64,000 nt of DNA from Candidatus Micrarchaeota archaeon (GCA_021797995.1 JAJZYR010000001.1:79342-143341), one strand, 5' to 3'. Positions 1 through 10,046 are shown, counted from the stretch's first letter. The notes: a model not told the origin generated them from the sequence alone. Numbers and translations are program-made.

Positions 1-302
1 TTTGACGTAAACATTATGTCATTGCCGCGAAGCCCCACTCTTTCTGATAACACAAGCTCCGGAAGGGAGCTGCAGTCAACGCCGCCGGACTCATCCCTCA
101 AGATCTCTACGATATACGGATTTGGGCAGGCCTTCACCGCAAAGTAGTTCTTGAACCCCCTGGACCAGCTAAATGCCCTGTAGAGCCTCCTTGCATTCTC
201 CCTTATTCCCTTTTCACTGTATATGTGGAACGGAGTCGGGTATTTCTTTATCGTCTCCTGTATCTCACTGAGGCCGAAGAAAAGGTCAGAATCGTCATTC
301 AT
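1..302 (-). CDS. lysA: diaminopimelate decarboxylase, N-terminal ~100 aa (gene runs off window start)
   Basis: Minus-strand frame from ATG 302-300 reads MNDDSDLFFGLSEIQETIKKYPTPFHIYSEKGIRENARRLYRAFSWSRGFKNYFAVKACPNPYIVEILRDESGGVDCSSLPELVLSERVGLRGNDIMFTS. This looks like an Orn/DAP decarboxylase N-terminal barrel with the AVKA PLP-lysine context. It starts 6 nt after the dapL stop. It is absent from the ORF track because it is truncated. Confidence 0.7.
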   Translation of the reverse strand, partial: MNDDSDLFFGLSEIQETIKKYPTPFHIYSEKGIRENARRLYRAFSWSRGFKNYFAVKACPNPYIVEILRDESGGVDCSSLPELVLSERVGLRGNDIMFTS

Positions 303-308
303 CGCATC

Positions 309-1610
309 TCACCCGAGCTTGGCACGCATCAGCTCAGCCGCCAGCCTTACCTCGTCAACATGGGGAACGAGAGCAAACCTGACATAGCCGTCGGCGTTTG
401 GCGCGTCGCCGAGCGCAAGCATGCTGCCTGGAGTCACATTTATCCCGACCTTCTTTTCCCTGTCGAGCGTGAGCATGCGCTTTGAGAAGTCTATGGAACT
501 TCCATGGATCTTCGCCCAGACATAGAAAGTTGAGTCGGCCCAGTATCTTATTCCGGCAGTGTCCAGCGCGGCTGTCAGCAGCTTCCTCTTCTCGTCATAA
601 AGCGCCCTCATCTCCTGCACGTGACCTTCGTCTCCGAGCGCAGCTATGGCTGCTTCCTGCACCGCATTAGCGACTCCAGAATCGAGCTGTGTCCTTAGCT
701 TCCTGTAATAGCTTATTAAGTCCTTGCCGCCGGCTGCAAAGCCGACTCTCAATCCTGTGGCGTTGCTCCTCTTCGACAATGACTGGAAGACGATGATGTT
801 GCTCCAGTCATCTGAGAATTCAAGCACTGACCTTGGCTTCTTATCCACGTACATCTCTGTGTACGCCTCGTCTGAGGCGATGACAACCCCGTACTTCTGC
901 GTAAGCTCGATGAGGCCCTTGTAGAACGCGTCGGTTGCCATGGCTGTTGTCGGGTTGTTCGGGTAGTTTATCCATATCATCCTTATGCCGCTGTTTGCGC
1001 TGATCTTCCTCTCTATCTCCGCAAGATCGGGAAGGAAGCCGTTCTCCTCCTTGAGCTGGTAGTACTCCGGAATTCCGCCTGCGAAGACCGTCCCGCCCCT
1101 GTATGGCGGATATCCTATGGAAGGCATCAGGACGGACTCGCCAGGATCCAGTATCGCAAACGGGAAGTGGAAGATCGCCTCTTTCGATCCTGCTGTGGAC
1201 GTGATCTGGGTATCAGGATCTGCCTCAACGGAGAATCTTTTCTTAAGCCATCCTGCTGCAGCCTGCCTGAAGCGCGGCATTCCTATGTAGCTTGGGTATC
1301 CGGACCTGGAATGCTCCGAGGCGCCGCGCTGCAGTGCCCTTACTGCACCATCATAGAGCGGCTCTGTCGGATCCCCAACTCCGAAATCGATTATCCTGTA
1401 TCCCTCCGCCTGCGCGCTGCTCTTTGCCTTATCTACTTCTGCAAATGCGTAGGTCATGAACTCCTTCATCCTCTTGCTTGGCCTTATCATTTCATCCAAC
1501 CTCTCTTTGCCGCTTGCCGCGGCTCCTCTTTCTGCCCTGCGTAACGCAGCATGCTGCTGTTTCGGCGTACCTGCATCTGACCCGCTGCTGCCTCTATACT
1601 TATATGGCAT
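309..1610 (-). CDS. dapL: class I/II aminotransferase, LL-diaminopimelate aminotransferase type
   Basis: Fold-type I aminotransferase motifs are present: IDFGVGDP, NYPNNPT, and SLSKRSNATGLRVGF carrying the PLP lysine. The gene lies between asd and lysA. The first 40 aa look non-native, so ATG at 1490 (MIRPSKRMKEF) is the likelier start. Confidence 0.7.
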   Translation of the reverse strand: MPYKYRGSSGSDAGTPKQQHAALRRAERGAAASGKERLDEMIRPSKRMKEFMTYAFAEVDKAKSSAQAEGYRIIDFGVGDPTEPLYDGAVRALQRGASEHSRSGYPSYIGMPRFRQAAAGWLKKRFSVEADPDTQITSTAGSKEAIFHFPFAILDPGESVLMPSIGYPPYRGGTVFAGGIPEYYQLKEENGFLPDLAEIERKISANSGIRMIWINYPNNPTTAMATDAFYKGLIELTQKYGVVIASDEAYTEMYVDKKPRSVLEFSDDWSNIIVFQSLSKRSNATGLRVGFAAGGKDLISYYRKLRTQLDSGVANAVQEAAIAALGDEGHVQEMRALYDEKRKLLTAALDTAGIRYWADSTFYVWAKIHGSSIDFSKRMLTLDREKKVGINVTPGSMLALGDAPNADGYVRFALVPHVDEVRLAAELMRAKLG

Positions 1611-1658
1611 AACAAGACCTGCTGCCTGGACTGAAAGATGAAGCCAACACCATTTATA

Positions 1659-2729
1659 TCACTTTCCTATACTCTGCCCGTCAATATATCCCTGCTTTAC
1701 TAGCATCTCTGCATTCAGTATTGCGGAGCCTGCCGCGCCTCTTACAAGGTTGTGGCCCAGCAGCACGAACTTATAGTCAAGGATGCTGCATTCCCTGAGC
1801 CTTCCTATAACCGTAGTCATGCCATTGCCTGCGGATGCATCCTTGCGCGGCTGCGGCCTGTCGCTTTCCCTGGTATATGTTATCGGACGCCGCGGCGAGC
1901 TCGGAAGGCCCAGCCCTGCCAGCGGATTGAAGTCTTCCCACGCTTCTATGACCTCGTCTGGATCCGCTTTCCTGGAGAGCTTCACGCTTACGGACTCTGT
2001 GTGCCCGTTCACGACGCCTACCCGTGTGCATGTGGCGCTGATTGCGAAGCCCGCGTTCCTTATCGCGCCTCCGGAAAGCCTTCCGAATATCTTAAGGGGT
2101 TCAGATTGCATCTTCTCCTCCTCTCCGTTTATGAATGGTATAACGTTGCCGACGATATCGAGCGATGGCACGCCGGGATAACCTGCCCCGCTGAGCGCCT
2201 GAAGCGTAGTCACCACTGCCTTTTCCACCCCGAATGCGTCGTATAGCGGCTTCAGGCCCATGCAGAAGCTTATCGTGGAGCAGTTGCCGTTTGTTATTAT
2301 GAATCCCTTCGAACCCCTCCTCGTTCTCTGGCGTTCTATCAGCCCGAGGTGCTCTGGATTTATCTCGGGAATTGAGATCGGCACGTCTGCATCCATCCTG
2401 TGGTTCCTTGCATTTGTAGAGACAGCATACCCATGGTTTGCGAATTCCTCCTCTATTCCCCCGGCCACGTCGGAATCAAGTGCGGAGAAGACGATGCTGC
2501 AGTCCAACCCCGGATGGCACTCCTTTACCACCATGTCCCTTGCATACTCGGGTATCTCGGCCCCTGCGCTCCACCTTGAGCGCATAAGCTCGCCGTAGCT
2601 CTTTCCGGCGGACCTGTCAGAAGCGGCGAGCTCAGTCACCTCAAACCACGGATGCCCGTCGAGCATCTGCACGAACATCTGGCCCACTGTCCCGGTTGCC
2701 CCGAGTATCCCTATGCTGATCTTCCTCAT
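1659..2729 (-). CDS. asd: aspartate-semialdehyde dehydrogenase
   Basis: GILGATGTVGQ dinucleotide fold and GNCSTI active-site cysteine. ATG at 2729 (MRKISIG) lies 1 nt after the lysC stop. Confidence 0.85.
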   Translation of the reverse strand: MRKISIGILGATGTVGQMFVQMLDGHPWFEVTELAASDRSAGKSYGELMRSRWSAGAEIPEYARDMVVKECHPGLDCSIVFSALDSDVAGGIEEEFANHGYAVSTNARNHRMDADVPISIPEINPEHLGLIERQRTRRGSKGFIITNGNCSTISFCMGLKPLYDAFGVEKAVVTTLQALSGAGYPGVPSLDIVGNVIPFINGEEEKMQSEPLKIFGRLSGGAIRNAGFAISATCTRVGVVNGHTESVSVKLSRKADPDEVIEAWEDFNPLAGLGLPSSPRRPITYTRESDRPQPRKDASAGNGMTTVIGRLRECSILDYKFVLLGHNLVRGAAGSAILNAEMLVKQGYIDGQSIGK

Positions 2730-2730
2730 G

Positions 2731-4053
2731 CTAACTACCAAAGAAGGCCTTGTGCAGGTGCCTTACTGCATCGTCGGCATCCCCATCCTTCACGACAAGA
2801 CTCTGATTTATCTCGGAGGTGCTGGATGAGGTCATCTCCACTGCCACGCTGCTCAGCGTCGAGAAGATCCTGCTGAGCAGGTCGGTCCTGTATGCAAGGC
2901 CGTTGCCGACGACCGATACCATTGCCATGTTGCTCTTTATCTCCACCTCCGCAATCTTCTCCAGCTCTTTTACAAGCCCTCTTGTGTCGTGGCGCTGGTC
3001 CAGCGTAACCGAGACGTTGACTTCCGAGGTCGAGACCATGTCAACCGAGAGCCCGAACATGTCGAATGTCTCGAATACCCTCCTGAGGAACCCGTGCATG
3101 AGGAACATCTTCGGCGTGTGTATGTTTATCACGCTTATCCTCCTCTTGCATGCTATCGACGCTATCCGCTTCCTGTTTCCTATGCACCTGACAATCGTGG
3201 TGCCCCTGTGCGACGGATTGAATGTATTCAGTATCCTTACAGGTATGTTCTTGCTTATTGCGGGGAGTATCGTCTTTGGGTGAAGTACCTTTGCGCCGAT
3301 GAATGCGAGCTCTGAGGCCTCGGCGTATGATACCAGCCTTACGTTCCTTGCACTCTTCACTATCCTGGGATCTGCCGTCATTATCCCGTCCACATCGGTC
3401 CATATCTCTATCCTCTCTGCACCTACCGCGGCGCCGATTATCGATGCTGTATAGTCGCTTCCCCCCCTCCCGAGGGTGGTTATCTCCCCGCGGCCGTTCT
3501 TCCCGATGAATCCGGTTACAACATGAAGGTCTGGGCCGTCCTTTCCGAGCGCAGCCCTTATCAAGCGGTATGCTCCAGGGAGTATGTCGGCATTTCCAAA
3601 GTCCGAGTTAGTCAACATGCCCGCATCATAGGCGTCGCATGCCGCTGCCGGAATGCCGCTCTCTGCCATATGCGCGGCTATTATCCTGCTCGACATGCGC
3701 TCCCCGAACGACATGATTGTATCAAGCACCTTTGGGGTAATGTCTCCAGGCCCATTTATCCTCGATGCCGACTTATCCAGCTGGCTTAGCTCCTTGTCTA
3801 TAAGTCCCTTCTTGAGCCCGAGGTCGCTTATCACCTTGTAGTGCCTCTCGCGTATCCAGTCGAGCTTGCCTTCTGCATGCCTGCCGGCCTGGGGACCATT
3901 TGCCAGGGCGATGAGCGCATCGGTAACCCCGCTCAGCGCTGATACGACGACGATTGGATTGCCCTTGCCCATTCTAGACCTTACGATGGCAGTGGCCTTC
4001 CTGATCTGCTCTGCGCTTCCGATAGAAGTGCCGCCGAACTTCATTACTATCAT
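2731..4053 (-). CDS. lysC: aspartate kinase
   Basis: MKFGGTSIG N-terminus, GRGGSDYTA motif and a C-terminal ACT-like duplication. The start forms an ATGA overlap with the dapB stop. Confidence 0.85.
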   Translation of the reverse strand: MIVMKFGGTSIGSAEQIRKATAIVRSRMGKGNPIVVVSALSGVTDALIALANGPQAGRHAEGKLDWIRERHYKVISDLGLKKGLIDKELSQLDKSASRINGPGDITPKVLDTIMSFGERMSSRIIAAHMAESGIPAAACDAYDAGMLTNSDFGNADILPGAYRLIRAALGKDGPDLHVVTGFIGKNGRGEITTLGRGGSDYTASIIGAAVGAERIEIWTDVDGIMTADPRIVKSARNVRLVSYAEASELAFIGAKVLHPKTILPAISKNIPVRILNTFNPSHRGTTIVRCIGNRKRIASIACKRRISVINIHTPKMFLMHGFLRRVFETFDMFGLSVDMVSTSEVNVSVTLDQRHDTRGLVKELEKIAEVEIKSNMAMVSVVGNGLAYRTDLLSRIFSTLSSVAVEMTSSSTSEINQSLVVKDGDADDAVRHLHKAFFGS

Positions 4054-4811
4054 TTCCCTTCGCCTCCCTGCATCATGTCACGCACCATGTCCTCCATCGA
4101 GAAGATTCCCTTCTTCCCTGCTATCCACTTCGCGGCGTATATCGCTCCGGATGCAAAGCCTGCCCTGCTTCTTGCGGTGTGCGTAAGCTCAATGGTATCT
4201 GATGCGCTGTCGAATCCTACTGTGTGTATGCCTGGTATCGATCCGGCCCTTAGGCTTGCCACATGCAGCTCATCAGGTTTGATCCTCCTGTCAAGCCTAT
4301 CAAAGACTGCGCTCTTCTTTCTCTTAACATTCCTGATGACAGCATCAGCAAGCGCCCTTCCCGTACCTGAAGGCGAGTCCGCCTTCCCGCTGTGATGCGC
4401 CTCGTAGATGTAGGGATCGTATTCCGGTGCCTTGTCCATCAGCCTTGAGGCATACTCTACAATCTTCATGAAGAGGCTTGCGCCTATGGAAAAGTTTGGG
4501 CTGTATACAAGCCCGGTATTGCATCTCCTGACTATCTTTCCGGCCTCTTCCAGGCCATTGTACCATCCCGTAGTCCCGACTACCATGTCCTTTCCTGCGC
4601 CTGCAACCATCTCGATATTTGAGAGCTCTGTCTTCTGCGAGGAGAAATCTATCGCCACGTCAGCCTGCCTAAGCGAGCTCTCGCCAACTGACTTGTATTG
4701 GGCGGCAGAATCCTCTGGGTCGATGATTGCTGCTACCTCAATCCCGTTGGCCTTCGCCTGCCGCTCTACCTCCTTCCCCATATTGCCATATCCTATTATC
4801 GCTATCTTCAT
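4050..4811 (-). CDS. dapB: 4-hydroxy-tetrahydrodipicolinate reductase
   Basis: MKIAIIGYGNMGK Rossmann N-terminus and the EAHHSGKADSPSGTG signature. ATG 4811 is chosen over the upstream ORF start, which would overlap dapA. Confidence 0.85.
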   Translation of the reverse strand: MKIAIIGYGNMGKEVERQAKANGIEVAAIIDPEDSAAQYKSVGESSLRQADVAIDFSSQKTELSNIEMVAGAGKDMVVGTTGWYNGLEEAGKIVRRCNTGLVYSPNFSIGASLFMKIVEYASRLMDKAPEYDPYIYEAHHSGKADSPSGTGRALADAVIRNVKRKKSAVFDRLDRRIKPDELHVASLRAGSIPGIHTVGFDSASDTIELTHTARSRAGFASGAIYAAKWIAGKKGIFSMEDMVRDMMQGGEGK

Positions 4812-4815
4812 GCCG

Positions 4816-5727
4816 TCACCTGCCTCCCTTCCCCTTTCCAAGGCCCGTGAGCTCCTTGTATCTTGAAAGGGTCTCGCGAAGGATCTCCATGTTCTGCGGC
4901 GCGAGGCCGCAGAGTGGGAGCCTTACGCCACCGGACGGCAGGCCTGCCAATTCCATTGCAGCCTTTATAGGTACCGGATTTGTCTCCAGTTTTGCAGCCC
5001 TGAACAGGGGCATCAGCTTGTAGTGCAGAACTCTTGCGCGCTCCATGTCCCCGTCCAATGCCGCACCGACCATCTCTGACATCAGGCCTGGAAGAAGGTT
5101 GGATATCGTACATATTACCCCGTCGCCGCCCAGCGCGATGAGTGGAAGGGTCATCTCATCGTCCCCACTCATCATGGCAAAGCTGTCAGGCAGCGCATTC
5201 ATCACGTCCATTGCCTGTGAGATGCTCCCCGAAGCCTCCTTTACTCCGGCTACGCCCTTGAGCCTGCTCAGCCGCAGGAGGGTCTGCGTCTCGATATTGA
5301 TCCCTGTCCTTCCCTGGATATTGTAAATTATCATTGGAACCCTGACGGACGCTGCGACTGCACTGAAGTGCCTGTACAGCCCCTCCTGCGAAGGCCTGCT
5401 GTAGTACGGCGATACGACAAGCACGCCGTCTGCACCGCACGCCTCGGCCTCGCGCGTATACTCGATTGTCTTCTCAGTAGAGTTCGTCCCTGTGCCTACG
5501 ATGACGGGAATCCTTCCCCCAGCTTCGTCAACCGCTTCGGTTACTATCCTCTTTCTCTCAGGCTCCCGAATTGTCGGTGACTCCCCGGTGGTGCCGAGCA
5601 CCACCACTCCCGAGGCCTTATTCGATATCTGTAACCGTATAAGCTTGCGGAGGCCTTCGTAGTCCACCTCGAGCTTCCTGTCAAAAGGGGTTATCAGGGC
5701 GGTCATGCAGCCCTTAAAATTTATCAT
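4816..5727 (-). CDS. dapA: 4-hydroxy-tetrahydrodipicolinate synthase
   Basis: GTTGESPT motif and GVKEASG, the Schiff-base lysine context. First gene of the minus-strand lysine operon. Confidence 0.85.
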   Translation of the reverse strand: MINFKGCMTALITPFDRKLEVDYEGLRKLIRLQISNKASGVVVLGTTGESPTIREPERKRIVTEAVDEAGGRIPVIVGTGTNSTEKTIEYTREAEACGADGVLVVSPYYSRPSQEGLYRHFSAVAASVRVPMIIYNIQGRTGINIETQTLLRLSRLKGVAGVKEASGSISQAMDVMNALPDSFAMMSGDDEMTLPLIALGGDGVICTISNLLPGLMSEMVGAALDGDMERARVLHYKLMPLFRAAKLETNPVPIKAAMELAGLPSGGVRLPLCGLAPQNMEILRETLSRYKELTGLGKGKGGR

Positions 5728-5988
5728 GCTATTACCTTAATGCAACGAGCGGTGCGCGCAGCGAATTATAGGAAGTTATGCGGCGCGAGTCTTTATGCCC
5801 TCTAAAACTTTATAACCTTCGCCTGTTTGATTGCGAGTGCGTCTTGTACTGCTTATATGTTGCTGCTGACTATTTAAATCTTCGTAATTATTTTACGATA
5901 ATCGTATTCTATCCGCGGGCTTCCGAAGGCATAGCTGCATCCCGAAACATTTAAATCCCAGAAGCAGCTATGGTAATCAGGTAATAGA

Positions 5989-6612
5989 ATGGCTGAAGAC
6001 CAAGCTGCGCCGTGGGATGCTAATACTGATGGACTTATAACGAACCTGGATAAGCAGATAACAAAAGAGTACGGACTCAGCCTGCGCGAGCTCCTGCTGA
6101 CCCCGGAGAAATTTGCCGGCCAGAAGGACGCGCTGCAGAATGCCGAAAAGATAAGGGATTACGTCAGCAAATACTTCAGCGGCGTAAAGGACGGGATGAA
6201 GGATGAGCAGGCGGAGTTCACGAAGGAGCTTGAAAACGCCGACGCGCAGAGCGCAAAGATCGAGGAGGTGATCTCGACTAAAGCGGCGCTTGCAAGGATC
6301 CCTTTCATCAAGCCGTACTATGTAGACTTTGATCCTGCAAGGAAGGAGGAAATAACAGTAGACAAGTACGATAACTCCGTCGATGCGCTGATTGCGAAGC
6401 TTGTGAACGTCTCAGATTATGTCAGCGATATGTCAGGCATTTACGGCAAGTACGTAATAGGCTCGTGGCTCTTCTCAGGCCGGAAGGCATATGTCATCTC
6501 GGTGTATCTTGAAGAGAGCATAATCTCTTCCATAGACAGGATGGAAGGGGACCTTGACAGCATGATAGAGACGGCGTACCAGAGCCTGAAGCTCGTCTCC
6601 AGAAAGCAATGA
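5989..6612 (+). CDS. hypothetical protein
   Basis: 207-aa ORF. A TATA-like catttaaatcc lies about 35 nt upstream. The stop forms an ATGA overlap with the next gene. No motif recognised. Confidence 0.55.
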   Translation: MAEDQAAPWDANTDGLITNLDKQITKEYGLSLRELLLTPEKFAGQKDALQNAEKIRDYVSKYFSGVKDGMKDEQAEFTKELENADAQSAKIEEVISTKAALARIPFIKPYYVDFDPARKEEITVDKYDNSVDALIAKLVNVSDYVSDMSGIYGKYVIGSWLFSGRKAYVISVYLEESIISSIDRMEGDLDSMIETAYQSLKLVSRKQ

Positions 6613-7172
6613 TCCTGATGGATGCTGTGGTCATTACAGGCACTCCGGGAAGCGGGAAGAGCACCATTGCAGGGAAGGTGGCTTCCAGGCTCCGCGGATC
6701 CGGCCTCATACACATAAACGAGCTCGTACGGTCCAGGCACCTCTTCTCCTCACGCGCGAAGGACGGAACCATGATAGTAAGGATGAAGGCGCTTGAGGCA
6801 GAGATAGGCAGGATCCTAAAAGGAGGCAGGGGCAGGACCATGATCCTTGACGGGCACCTGCTATGCGACATGCAGATCAGGAAGGCCACTGCCATCGTTA
6901 TAAGGGAACACCTGCCTGTATTGAGGAGGAGGCTTGAGAAAAGGGGGTATGCGGAGCGGAAGGTGATGGACAACCTGGTTTCCGAAGCCCTTGACTACTG
7001 CGGCGAACATGCTTCCTTAAATTACGGCAGGGTGTTTGAGCTCTTTAATACAAGAGAGGCCCCTGGGGAGATAATAAGAATCATAAGGTCCGGCCGGGGC
7101 AGGCAGGCGCGCCCTGACCTCCTTCCGGAGCTTGAGGCGTTGCTTAAGCAGCGCGGGCTTGGAGGCATCTGA
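6609..7172 (+). CDS. P-loop nucleotide kinase, adenylate kinase AK6/Fap7-like
   Basis: ITGTPGSGKST Walker A at the N-terminus. Small size. Contains DGH and VIREHLPVLRRRLEKRGY...N..SEA segments typical of Fap7-type kinases. Confidence 0.6.
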   Translation: MILMDAVVITGTPGSGKSTIAGKVASRLRGSGLIHINELVRSRHLFSSRAKDGTMIVRMKALEAEIGRILKGGRGRTMILDGHLLCDMQIRKATAIVIREHLPVLRRRLEKRGYAERKVMDNLVSEALDYCGEHASLNYGRVFELFNTREAPGEIIRIIRSGRGRQARPDLLPELEALLKQRGLGGI

Positions 7173-7306
7173 CGCGGGTGTGCAGAAAGGCGCCCGGGGA
7201 TCCCGAGGGGCAGCACGATGCCATCAAGGAGCTATGCAGACTGAAAAAGCCAGCCACCATTCATCGATGGAGGAATACCGTTGGCATGCGGGCCCTGGAT
7301 GCCGCG

Positions 7307-8602
7307 CTATCTGAACTTTGAATGCGTACGGACTCCTCTAGACCTATCGCCCCTGAACCTGGAGTCTGCCGGCTGGCTGTGGCCGTATCTGCCGCCGCCC
7401 CTCGTATCGCCCTGGCGGCCGTGCCCCCAGTGGCCGCGGCCCTGATCCTGGCCTCCGCGCCTGAAGTCAGGCCCCCTTCCACTTCTCCTGAATATCTGTA
7501 TATTGCTATACGGGGCCGTGTTGAGCGATATCCTTTCAAGGTGAATTTTCGCCATGTACTCGATATCCTTTACGATCTCCCGCTCCTGCGGCACGGTTAT
7601 TGAAAATGCCCTGCCATCCGCATCCATTCTCGCCGACCTGCCGACCCTGTGCACGTATATGTGCGGGTCTTCCGGAAGGTCGAAGTTTATGACGTCTGAC
7701 ACCCCGAGGATGTCTATGCCCCTTGCTGCGACATTTGTGGCTATCATGAATCTTGCGCCTCCCTTGAACTGCCTCAGTGAGTGCTCTCTCCGCGCCTGTG
7801 TAAGCCCGCCGTGCAGCAATATGGCTTCGTAGCCCTGCTGCTGCAGCGCGTCGTGAATCGCGCTTGCTGCATACTGGGTCTGCGCAAAGATTATCGCCTT
7901 CTTCGGATTGTACTGTTTTATGTATGCAAGGAGGGCGCCGAACTTCTGCCTGCCTTCCGAGACCACATAGAGGTGCTTTATCTTCGTGACCACGAGTTCG
8001 TCACCTGTGCCTACCTTTATCACCTGCATGTCGTGCATGTACCGCCTTGCCACCTGTATGATCTTGTCAGGCATCGTCGCCGAGAACAGAAGCGTCTGCT
8101 TGCTGCCTGGCGTCTTTGATAGTATGAATTCGATGTCGTCGATGAAGCCGATGTCGAGCATCGTGTCCGCCTCGTCGAGTACAAGGAACCTTATGCTTTC
8201 TATCCTCAGTTCCCCCCTTTCCATCAGGTCTATAATCCTTCCCGGGGTCCCTATCACAATGCTCGGATTTCTTTTTAGCGATTGTATCTGCATGTTGATT
8301 GAGGCTCCGCCGTATACCACTGCGACGTTCCTGTTGCCGTATCCGAGCCTGTTTGTCATCTCCAGTATTTGGAGGGCAAGCTCCCTTGTCGGCACTATAA
8401 TCAGCGCCTCTGGCTCCCTGCTTGGCCTCGACATCTGCTTTATCGGCACCAGGAAGGCGCATGTCTTTCCAGTTCCCGTCTTCGCCCTGACAACAATGTC
8501 CTTGCCCTGCATGGCCACTGGTATGACCTGCTCCTGCACATCTGTTGCGTTTATAAAGTTTATTCTCTTTAAGGCCTCAACCAGCTGCGGATTGAGCCCC
8601 AT
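7307..8602 (-). CDS. DEAD-box ATP-dependent RNA helicase with C-terminal Arg/Gly-rich tail
   Basis: Motifs AKTGTGKT, PTRELA, VLDEAD, SAT and HRVGRSAR. ATG 8602 is preferred because gttaaatttgaa lies about 25 nt upstream; the ORF track begins at TTG 8644. Confidence 0.85.
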   Translation of the reverse strand: MGLNPQLVEALKRINFINATDVQEQVIPVAMQGKDIVVRAKTGTGKTCAFLVPIKQMSRPSREPEALIIVPTRELALQILEMTNRLGYGNRNVAVVYGGASINMQIQSLKRNPSIVIGTPGRIIDLMERGELRIESIRFLVLDEADTMLDIGFIDDIEFILSKTPGSKQTLLFSATMPDKIIQVARRYMHDMQVIKVGTGDELVVTKIKHLYVVSEGRQKFGALLAYIKQYNPKKAIIFAQTQYAASAIHDALQQQGYEAILLHGGLTQARREHSLRQFKGGARFMIATNVAARGIDILGVSDVINFDLPEDPHIYVHRVGRSARMDADGRAFSITVPQEREIVKDIEYMAKIHLERISLNTAPYSNIQIFRRSGRGPDFRRGGQDQGRGHWGHGRQGDTRGGGRYGHSQPADSRFRGDRSRGVRTHSKFR

Positions 8603-8879
8603 TTCAGAAAATGGTTTCAAATTTAACACCTTGCTCAAAAGCAAAAAGAGTAATTAAGCGAATGGCTATCTGTTAAAAGTAGCCATTGGTACTGTACTAC
8701 CGTATCTGCTCCTATTTTCTTTATGTCGGACAGGTATTTAAACCTTAACTACGCCGGGATCCTGATGCGCGGTTTTGTAGCAGAGGCTGGCACCGGCGTT
8801 TTTGAGGCAGGATACTTGCCCTGATGGCGCGGCGGCAAGGCGCCAAGCCGCCTGACGGCATTCGACCCGTGGAGCGCCT

Positions 8880-10046
8880 TCAGCTCCGCGAGAATCGCCT
8901 TCCCGAGTATGCAATTATCGCAGCGGCGAGTATCGCCACCATGCCTGCATAGAGATATGAGTAGGCAGGGCTGAGGGCATAAAGCAATCCCATTATCACA
9001 TTTGCAGAGAAGATGCCTATGCTTCTGGAGCCCGTGAGCGCGCCCATTCCGCTTCCGATGCTGCCGGCCTTCTTTATCAGCGAGACGATAGTGGGCTCGA
9101 TGGTTTCCACGACACCCATGGAGAAGCCGATGACGGCGACAGCGGCATATAGGGCCATGGCGCCCTGGCCGGAGAGGTATGCCAGCGCAAGGAAGAGCGT
9201 TCCCAAGCCGGAGAGCAGGTAGCCGTAGAGGCCCAGCGTTCTTACGTAGTTCCACCTCCTGGAGCCAATGTAATATCCTGCGACAGCCGACACTCCGAGA
9301 TATATCCCGTATGACCCTATTCCGAGGAGGCTGCTCGACGACTGCTGTGCTATCGTCAATATCGGGAAGCCGAGGCTGTAGCTGCTGAAGCCGTACAGGG
9401 AGGTTGAGAGGATTATGCCCCTGTACGCGGCCCTGCCCGCGGACGGAAGGGCAACGTTGGCGTTGCGGGACGCCTTCCGCCTTGCCATCCTGCTGTCGCT
9501 GATCATGACCAGCAGGATTGTTGATATCACCAGCGGTATTGCGGTAAGGAGGAGTATCTGCGTGTAGCCGAGGCCTGCGAGGAGAAGGAGCAGGAGGATG
9601 AGTATCGAGACCATGCCTCCGCCTATGTCCAGTGCGTGAAGGAAGCCGAAGGCCTTTCCTCTGTCATCTGTGCTGGACGATCTGGCAAGCATGGCTCTCC
9701 TTGCCGGAGACCTGAAGTTCCTGGCCCACCATCCGCCGGAGAAGAGCGCTATCGCCGCAACAGGGCTCACTGCAAGGCCCATGAGCGAGATGAGCGGTAT
9801 AAGCGCATTTCCCAGTATCGCTATGCGTTTGCTGCTGAACCTGTCACTGAGCCTGCCGCCCACGTATCCGAATGCCGAGCCGCCGCCGAATGCTATCGCA
9901 TTTACCAGCCCGAACTCGTACGCGGGGGCCTTGAGGGTTATAATTAGGAATATGGGCAGGATTGCAAGCGCAGCCTGGTACCCCAGATCAGCAAAGAACG
10001 CCGACAGTGATATCAGCATCACGTTCCTGTTAAGCCACCTTGCCAT
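8880..10046 (-). CDS. MFS transporter
   Basis: 388 aa with about 12 hydrophobic segments and the GGRLSDRF loop motif between TM2 and TM3. Confidence 0.7.
   Translation of the reverse strand: MARWLNRNVMLISLSAFFADLGYQAALAILPIFLIITLKAPAYEFGLVNAIAFGGGSAFGYVGGRLSDRFSSKRIAILGNALIPLISLMGLAVSPVAAIALFSGGWWARNFRSPARRAMLARSSSTDDRGKAFGFLHALDIGGGMVSILILLLLLLAGLGYTQILLLTAIPLVISTILLVMISDSRMARRKASRNANVALPSAGRAAYRGIILSTSLYGFSSYSLGFPILTIAQQSSSSLLGIGSYGIYLGVSAVAGYYIGSRRWNYVRTLGLYGYLLSGLGTLFLALAYLSGQGAMALYAAVAVIGFSMGVVETIEPTIVSLIKKAGSIGSGMGALTGSRSIGIFSANVIMGLLYALSPAYSYLYAGMVAILAAAIIAYSGRRFSRS

Noticed and set aside
1167-2246. Long plus-strand ORFs (1167-1544, 1752-2246, 1783-2181 and many similar ones across the window, e.g. 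7986-8657, 26178-26867, 62482-63180, 63050-63658, 14699-15337)
   Set aside because: They lie antisense to, or out of frame within, strongly supported genes (dapL, asd, helicase, rpoB', dnaK, permease). Their low-complexity Ser/Pro/Arg-rich translations are typical of shadow ORFs in GC-rich DNA.
5728-5988. 260-nt region upstream of the lysine operon, considered as a lysine-responsive leader or riboswitch
   Set aside because: I could not identify conserved L-box-like helices or any repeat. Such riboswitches are not established in archaea. The region is better explained as divergent AT-rich promoters.
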